A DNA stretch of 64,000 bases, from positions 3,844,001 through 3,908,000 of the forward strand of contig OZ024755.1 of the NCBI GenBank assembly GCA_964016885.1. Direction: 5' to 3'. Source of the stretch: Eledone cirrhosa. Taxonomy: Eukaryota. The first letter of the stretch is position 1. Each line of letters begins with the position of its first letter. The notes under the pieces are model-generated. The model ran no database searches, had not been told where the DNA came from, and was given only the letters and a program-made list of their open reading frames with translations. The position numbers were made by a program, and so were the translations under genes. This document shows, piece by piece, positions 55,878 to 64,000 of the stretch.

Positions 55878-57274
55878 TCTTTCTCTCCCTCTTTCTCTCC
55901 CACCCCTTTATATATTACTGTATTAAAGTCATACCGTCTCTCTCTCTCCACCTCCCTTCCCTCCCACCCCTTTATATATTACTGTATTAAAGTCATACCA
56001 TCTCTCTGTCGCTCCCTCTCTCTCTCTCTGTCTCTCCCTCTCTCTCTCTCCCCTCTCTCTCTGTCTCCCCCACCCCTTTATAAATCACTCTGTTCAAGTC
56101 ATACTCTCTCTGTCTCCCCCTTTCCATCTCTCTTCCTCCCACCCCTTTATAAACCCCTCTGTTAAACTCACACTTATATCAGGTTCTGTACAGAAACTGA
56201 TAAGAGTATAAAATCTTGTAGAGATTTTTCTTCTAGATTTCTATCGATATCTTTTGAAAAGAGTGTATCGAACTCTATTATTTTACTTCGTGATTGGAAA
56301 CAGAAGACACCAATGGAGATTTCTTATTCCACGAGAACTGGCTTGTTTCATTCACAGACCATCTTTCTCTCTCTCTCTCTTCTTTCTCTCTCTTCTTTCT
56401 CTCTCTCTCTTCTTTCCCTCTCTCTCTTCTTTCCCTCTCTCTCTTCTCCCCCCCCCCCTCTCTCTCTATCTCTCTTCTTTCCCTCTCTCTTTCTCTCTCT
56501 CTCTTTCTCTCTCTCTTCTCCCCAATCTCTCTCCCTCTCTCCCCTCTCCCCCATCTCTCTCCCTCTCTCCCCTCTCCCCCATCTCTCTATCTCTATTCTC
56601 TCTATGTGCTTTATCTCTCTCTCTCTCTCTCCCTCTATTCGATCTGTCAACGATATCAAGTCTCTCATTCAAATATTTATTCTACTCCAGATCCCAAACG
56701 CTACCCCGCCATTCAATGGTTCCTTTATTTATCCGTTTATTTAAATATCAATCCATCTATCAAGGATTCCGAACAAACAGCATCGATTCTGCTGCCTAAC
56801 TCTCATTCCATCATTCCACGTCTACATCTACCCACCCATCACCCACCACCTCTACCCATTCATCACCCACTCACCACCTCCACCCACTCACCACCTCCAC
56901 CCAGCCACCTCTTCATCTATCCACACGTCCACTACATCTCCCCACACAACCACCCATTTCTAACTCCACCCATCCGCCAGCCCACCCATCAAACCGTCAG
57001 TCCATCCACCACTACCTCTACACACCCGTCCACCCAGAACAAAGAAGAGATACAAAATAACAAATTAGTCATTGAGGAAGTCACAGAATGGGTGACGAAA
57101 GAGTTTTGACAACAAATAAACGACCATCCAGTTATTAAACCAACTGGAAATTTATAATAAATTGAAGTGAAAACTAACCAGTGCATAAGTTTTTATTGGC
57201 AGCCTGACCCTCCCAAAGTATAACAATATCTCTATATATATACATACACACTCACACACACGTATATACATACG

Positions 57275-57326
<52 letters not shown>

Positions 57327-57364
57327 TATATACGTGTGTATGCATGTGTGTATGAAGTGTGTGT

Positions 57365-57524
57365 GTATACATCCCTCTCTTTAAAATTACATTAGCAGCT
57401 CAGCCGTCGTGCCAGTATAATATACACTCACATACATACATGTGTATCTGAGTGAGTGTATATTATATTGACTGTATGACAGGTCTACTGGGCTGGTAAT
57501 GTAATTTTAAGGAGGGGGTATACA
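57365..57524 (+). other. ~160-nt imperfect foldback hairpin
   Basis: CTTTAAAATTACATTA/TAATGTAATTTTAAGG, CAGCTCAG/CTGGGCTG, GTCGTGC/GTATGAC, CAGTATAATATACACTCAC/GTGAGTGTATATTATATTG. Confidence 0.8.
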
Positions 57525-57562
57525 TACATACATACATACATACATACATACATACATACATA

Positions 57563-57857
57563 ATTACAAATACAATCCATTAATGGAACAGTAAAAATAT
57601 GTAAAACATTCCCAAAATGTTGCATCTAATAACTGCATATACACATGTACAGATACAAAGCATATACACATGCACACATACAACTCAAAACATACACATC
57701 CACGCATACAATAACATCCATATCTACAAATGCAGACATACATACATATCTACCTAGTTGATGTTGTGTAAATTCCAATGAGAGAGTCTTGTGTCTATGT
57801 TAGAAACCAACTCTCTCTCTATTGGTAAAACTTTGTGAAATTATAAAACCAGAAGAA
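57563..57857 (+). mobile_element. 3'-terminal fragment of the same RLE LINE as 25344-26163
   Basis: QSINGTVKICKTF..CCI* followed by a homologous 3'UTR ending CCAGAAGAA-(CATA)n. Confidence 0.88.
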
Positions 57858-58253
57858 CATACATACATACATACATACATACATACATGTACATACATGT
57901 ACATACATACATGTACATACATGTACATACATACATATATGTACATACATGTACATACATACATATATACACACATTCATTCACACATACATACATCTCC
58001 TTAAAATTACATTAGAAGTCTAGCCAATTCATCAGAACATACCAGCTCTCTAGTAATAGTACTTTTGTTCCATTGCCATCTCTTATTTCTACGTTTATGA
58101 TATATATAATGATTTATATATATAAGTATGTATACGTACATACATATATGTATACAGACGTACAGTAGTATGTATATATATATATATACATACATGCACA
58201 CATATATATATGTACGTATGGATTCACCGATCATTTATTATAATGCTCGGTGT

Positions 58254-58294
58254 GTTTGCTGACGATAGCTAATAAGCTTGAAACTAGTACAGCG
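58254..58294 (+). ncRNA. Minimal type-I hammerhead ribozyme (same family as 35245)
   Basis: GTTTG-CTGACGA-T-AGCT aata AGCT-T-GAAA-C ta G-TA^CAGCG. Confidence 0.68.
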
Positions 58295-58899
58295 TTCCTT
58301 TGTGAGGGTTGAACAAACGAGCAACGATGGTTGCTAGGCACTGTACGGCTTAATTCGGGATGTTTGTGGGAGGGCACCCTCTATATGCTAAACTTTCATA
58401 TAATTAAATGTAATCTCAGTTTTTCGAATATTGAAAATAATATTCGATTCGTTTGTAATTATGCAAACAGCCCCTTTAAGCCATGTCAGTAGAATTTATT
58501 GTATTCAGCCATGTAGAGCAATAAACTATTTGTTAGTTATTTCATATAATTACATGCTAGAAATAAACTATTAGAATATAATTGTCATTTTTAATCACTT
58601 CCACATGTCAGTAATCAGCAGAAACTATAAGGGTTCTCTTATGCAAAGTATTAACGCATCAAATCGTAAATTCCTCATCTCTTAAGACTGTTCTTATATC
58701 TGGAATTCTTAGATTCCAGAAATTAAATACGTTAACCCTGTAGTTATTTATGATAGCACTGGTTTCCAAGTTACAGAAATATTTTATGATAGTGTTAGTA
58801 ATCCTGTAAGTAGGGGTGTGTGTGTGTGTGTGTATTTAGAGGTGTGTGTGGAGGTGGTACATGTATGTATGTGTGTATGTGTTTGTGAGAGAGAGAGAA

Positions 58900-58935
<36 letters not shown>

Positions 58936-59170
58936 ATTTGTATATATTTAAATAGATATCCATATCTTTATATGTACATAAGACCGTGTGTGTGTACAGC
59001 TCACGCACACACATATTCATGAGCACATACCCACCCAAAAGCACGCATATGCACGCCCACACAAACATTTAAATGTACATACACACACACAATCTAAATG
59101 TACACATATGCACGCCCACACACATCTAAATGCGCACATATGCACACACACACACCGCAAAGCACACACA

Positions 59171-59233
<63 letters not shown>

Positions 59234-60435
59234 ACACAGACACACACACACACACAGGCACACACACGCACACGCACACAGACACACACGCACACACACA
59301 CACACACACACACATCCAAAAGCCGAGGTAACAAAAAATATGAAAATACGATGTTGAATGTTGAGGCAATGAATGTGTTTCGTGCTAGAGACTGAGAGAT
59401 GTGGAGTAATTAATACAAATTTACTTATCTTTCAGGAAATGTTAGTTTAGGTTTTTTTGGGGTGAGTTTTTGTTGTGTTTTTCAAAGTGAATTTAATTAC
59501 GTCAACGTACTTGTTTACCTATCTGCATACATTATACACAGTTTCTTTCAATTTATTTGTTCGAAAGATTTGTCAGAATAAAGTGCATAACTGTTGCAAA
59601 ATCCCCTAGAGGACGTTGATGTTCATATCCAGATTGAACATCTGTAGATTGTTGATACAACATCAGGGAAAAATTGTCAGTAGAAAGCCAACGGCATTGC
59701 CTCTATGTATTCACTCAACATACTAGAAATAGCAGCTGAATTTCCCTCATATCACATCCTATCATCATAAAAATATGACACGTTAAACTAAAAAGAGAAA
59801 AAAAATGGATGATAATGCGTGGAATTTTTTTTGTTATGTTTGAAAAATCAGAGCTTATCTTGGGCTAAACAACCATTATTGTTACAGAAAATGGAACGAA
59901 GTTTATGCTGTCACTCGTTCTTCTATAGTCAGTCACAAAACGCCTGCAAATCTTCACTAGGCACTCACAATAATTCCCATTTCCTCATCTCATCAGTCAT
60001 TTTTTTTTGTCTACCCTCGGGCCTTGCACTAACTATTACGTCAAATTCTTCTTTCCAATTGTGTCATGTTTGTGGAATTCTTTCTCTGAATCTGTTCTCC
60101 CAGCAGATATTCCAGAAGAACATTGCTAGCATCAAACTCACAAGTCCCAGAAGGGCCGGGATTAGCTATGTAGCCCTGTTTCCCGACCCACCCACCCAAA
60201 ATATACATTTTCCCATCAGTCTGTTTAAAATAATGGAAATGGAGGAGATAGTACTGTAGTTAGTATGATTAAAGCAACAGAATTATGAAGAATCTTTAAG
60301 CATAGATAGAAATATTTTCGCATCGCACACACATTATATATATATCTCCAAAATTAAGATAAATCAAATGAATTTAATCTAAATTATATATATATATATT
60401 TATGTGTGTATGTATTCATACATACACACACGTAT

Positions 60436-60475
<40 letters not shown>

Positions 60476-60650
60476 TGTGTGTATAAGATGTTTTATTCCT
60501 CCAATGCTTGCCTTTTATTGCTATGTGTGCATTAATTTATTTTTATGAGGTCTTTTCAGTTCGTTAATATCATATCAGAATGATCAATGTCAATCAATAT
60601 TGTTTTTTAATTACCCTAATGCATCGTTATTTTATTTGCTTACTAGTAGC

Positions 60651-60682
<32 letters not shown>

Positions 60683-62214
60683 ATATATGTTTTCGAGGTT
60701 ATTTACCAAAGGATATTCGACAGTCGATAATTCACAGTACCAATTATAGTAGAAAGTTTCCTGTTCGAAACTAACCTATTGCAAAGAAGAAATACTGCCA
60801 TTGCCGTTAGATGGCGCTTGTAGGGTCTTGTAGGCTCTTTTCAACCGGTCAGTCTCGGATATGAAAAACAACATTGTTATAGGGAAAATTAAGGTATGAA
60901 CCATGATCTAGGAAAGGGACGCTATATATGTGTGTATATGTGTGATTGTGTGTGTTTATGTGTGTATATACACTTGCAATACTTCCTCAAGATGAACACT
61001 GTTAGGTCTGTTGCTACTAATTAATTCTTAATTCAAAATTTTAACTTATATTTATTTACTTTAAAAATCTTTTTAAAACATAATTTATTGAAAACCTATT
61101 GCATCTCCTTTCATATAATCTGTTATAAAATATGTTCTTGGTCCCCAGTCAGCAGCTCTTCAAACGGGTTATGTCCCTTTGAAGAATGATAAAAAGATCA
61201 ACAATGCTATCCATATCACAAATCCTCAGACTAATGACATGAAAAATGTCTGGTGCTTTCTGAGTAAATCAAACTACGAACGTCGGCTGAAAGGTTCATA
61301 GGATGAAAAAGTTCGTAGACTGACCAAAATACTTTCATGGAATCCCTAAACGAAGTTTATTTTCGCAGCATGCTCCTCTGACAACAAAAAAAAACAAAGA
61401 AAAAAAAGCATGCTAATTTGAACCAAAAATATTTGCCTTTTATATTTCTTCTCACTGCTCCGATGTTGCGTTAATAAAATGTTCTAAAGCTTAGCTTGTG
61501 AAATCATTAGCAATGTGATATCTTTATACATCAAACTGTTCATTGCTCGCTTTACCTTTCCCTTTTCTTTCCATTTATTTGTCATTTCTAACTTAGGAAG
61601 TTGAAATACTCATTATTATACGTAACTTCTAATAAAACCTGGTAGTTAGTCTTTTTTTCATAACCAAGTCGATAAAACTAATAACCTTCATAACCACTGA
61701 ACATATTCCGCCATGTAAACTTCTAAAGCAAGCTCGTCCAGTTGACCCAAACGCTTGTTAGACAGAAATGTGTTACGTTGTAAACAACAAAGGTGTCCCA
61801 TAAGAAATGTATTAATGATTTCATCTAGAAATACTAAATTCAATTCTCTGTATTAGCCAGAAGGCAATGGAAATTTCATTTCAGTGTATTTCTTTTTAAG
61901 TCCAGTAAATATTGTATCTAGAAGGTCATGAGATATCATCTCTAACTCAATAGGTTTCATGGTAATTTCCATAACCTCTAGGTGTTGATATCTAGGCAGA
62001 TGAACGATGTGTGATATATGTTGTCACTGATGATAGTGAACCGATACTTGTACAAACTATCAGCATTTCTTATAACGTTTACTAAGCAACAAACTGTGGA
62101 GGTGCCTTGCCTAGGTGTCTTGGACTGATGATAATGTGAACCAATATTTGTTCAAACAATCACCGATTCTTACAACGCTTACTAAGCAATGTTTTCTAAG
62201 TAAGTAACAAACAG

Positions 62215-62440
62215 TGGAGGCACGTAATCTAATGGTAAGGGTGTTGTACTTACGACCATAATGTCGTCGGTTCGATTCCTGGACTGGGTTATTTGTTGTG
62301 TTCTTGAGCAAAAACACTTCATTTCACGTTGCTTCAATATACTCAGCTGGAAATGAGTACCAGAAAGAACTGGATGTTTAACGCTGCGATGGACTAGCGT
62401 CCTTTCCAGGGAATTCAGTCATTTAACGCCACGGAATTCA
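62215..62440 (+). mobile_element. V-SINE-like element (family 2), near full length
   Basis: tRNA head (TCTAATGGTAAG, GGTTCGATTCC), GTGTTCTTGAGCAAAAACACTT, AAATGAGTACC and GCGATGGACTAGCGTCC. Confidence 0.7.
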
Positions 62441-62859
62441 GAGCTTTTGTGTAGCTACAGTTACATGGTAATTAATAGGATAATCTTCAATATGATATGT
62501 GAACACAATATACACAATGTATACAATTTATTCGTACACATATACTTTCATAAAATGTTAATAGAAAATGTTATTATTAACAAAATCTTTGATAATCTGA
62601 TGACAGTTTGTAAAGAAAAGTGGAAAAGTGTCATAGATGGTTAGAAAGAAAAAATAATAATTAATAAATTTATAAACTAGCTTGAGGAAAGTAAAGTGAA
62701 GAAAACAAAAGGTAAAAAGTAAATAGCCTAAAAGTTTGTTGATTAGATTTTGTCATTTATGTCCAGAAGGTAATTAACTTAGTTTTCATGTCTTTAAAGT
62801 TATGACTGAAACAGAATGTTGTCACATGGTAACATCTACAACTATTGTAAAAATAGGAT

Positions 62860-63190
62860 CTTCTTCTTCTTCTTCGTTCTTCTTCGTTCTTCTTCGTTCT
62901 TCCTTTTCTTTTTCTTTTTCTTTTTCTTTTTCTTCTTCTTTTTCTTCTCGTTCTTCTTCGTTCTTCTTCGTTCTTCTTCGTTCTTCTTCGTTCTTCTTCG
63001 TTCTTCTTCTTCTTCTTCTTCTTCTTCTTCGTTCATTCTTCGTTCTTCTTTCTTCGTTCTTCCTTCTTCGTTCTTCCTTCTTCGTTCTTCCTTCTTCTCA
63101 CTTCTTTTCCTTCTTCTCACTTCTTTTCCTTTTTTCCTTTTTCTTCTTTTTCTTCTTTTTCTTTTTTTTCTTTTTCTTCTTCATTTTCTT
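62860..63190. repeat. (CTT)n/(CTTCGTT) microsatellite
   Basis: Directly visible. Confidence 0.95.
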
Positions 63191-63443
63191 TTTCAGATTA
63201 TGATGATGAGATTAATACGTATGTGTTTTTATGTGTGTATGAATGTGTATGTATGTGTGTGAGCATGTTTCTTTTGTGTGTGAGCCTGTGTGTATGTGTG
63301 TGTGAGCCTATGGGTTGTGTGGGTGTATGGAGGCATAGGTTGTGTGCGTGGGGGAGGTGTATGTGATGGAGGTTCTGTATCTGCTATTGTATGTGTGTAT
63401 GTGCGCGTATGTCTGTGTATATATGTATGTGTGTATATATATA

Positions 63444-63486
<43 letters not shown>

Positions 63487-63661
63487 ATGTATGTGTATAT
63501 ATATATGTGTATGTATGTGTATATATATATGTGTATATATATGTATATATATATGTGTGTGTATGTATGTGTATATATATGTATATATGTGTGTGTGTAT
63601 ATATATATGTGTATGTATATGTGTGTGTGTGTGTATATATGTGTATATATATGTATGTATG

Positions 63662-63694
<33 letters not shown>

Positions 63695-64000
63695 GTATGC
63701 GTGTGTGTATATATATATATATATATATTTGTGTGTATATGTGTATATATTTGAGGTCATTTCATGTGGCAGTTAATGTATAATTATTCAGAATTTGGCC
63801 TCAGGTGTTTTCACATTTTTTACTGAAGTACTGAAAACTGAAATTGATTCACTACGCTTCAACGCTAGAATTCTTTATTTCTTCATATTTTTCTTCTTTT
63901 TTCTCTCTATCTCATGGAATATCTTTTGAAGAATACATCATTCTCAGCTCTTCAATGGAATGGAATCAGTCACCGATCACACTTTATATATATATATATA

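Noticed and set aside
59819-60259. 146-aa non-repetitive ORF
   Set aside because: GTG start, no recognisable domain or splice pattern; consistent with chance.

Overview
AT-rich eukaryotic (animal) genomic DNA dominated by microsatellites ((TA)n, (CA)n, (CT)n, (TACA)n) and interspersed repeats. The SINE and microsatellite landscape resembles a cephalopod (octopus-like) genome; that assignment is an inference. Almost all ORF-track entries are microsatellite read-through artefacts. Supportable content: (i) about 25 copies of a tRNA-headed SINE with a Meta/MESC-like core, plus a second V-SINE-like family; (ii) decayed non-LTR retroelements (Penelope-like RT relics, RLE/R4-Dong-like 3' ends in (TACA)n, an RTE 3' fragment); (iii) hAT and Tc1/mariner-type MITEs; (iv) one probable host exon on the minus strand, a 17 x 36-bp mucin-like PTS repeat (TSVVTTPTVART); (v) most notably, several short elements in or beside (TA)n/(TACA)n tracts carrying minimal type-I hammerhead ribozyme (HHR) folds. 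These are one intact fold (41000-41054), three near-intact folds and several decayed ones, suggesting a diverse population of Penelope-associated, retrozyme-like elements. A ~610-bp non-autonomous retroelement may also carry a decayed HDV-like ribozyme at its 5' end. All folds were paired by eye and none was tested computationally.
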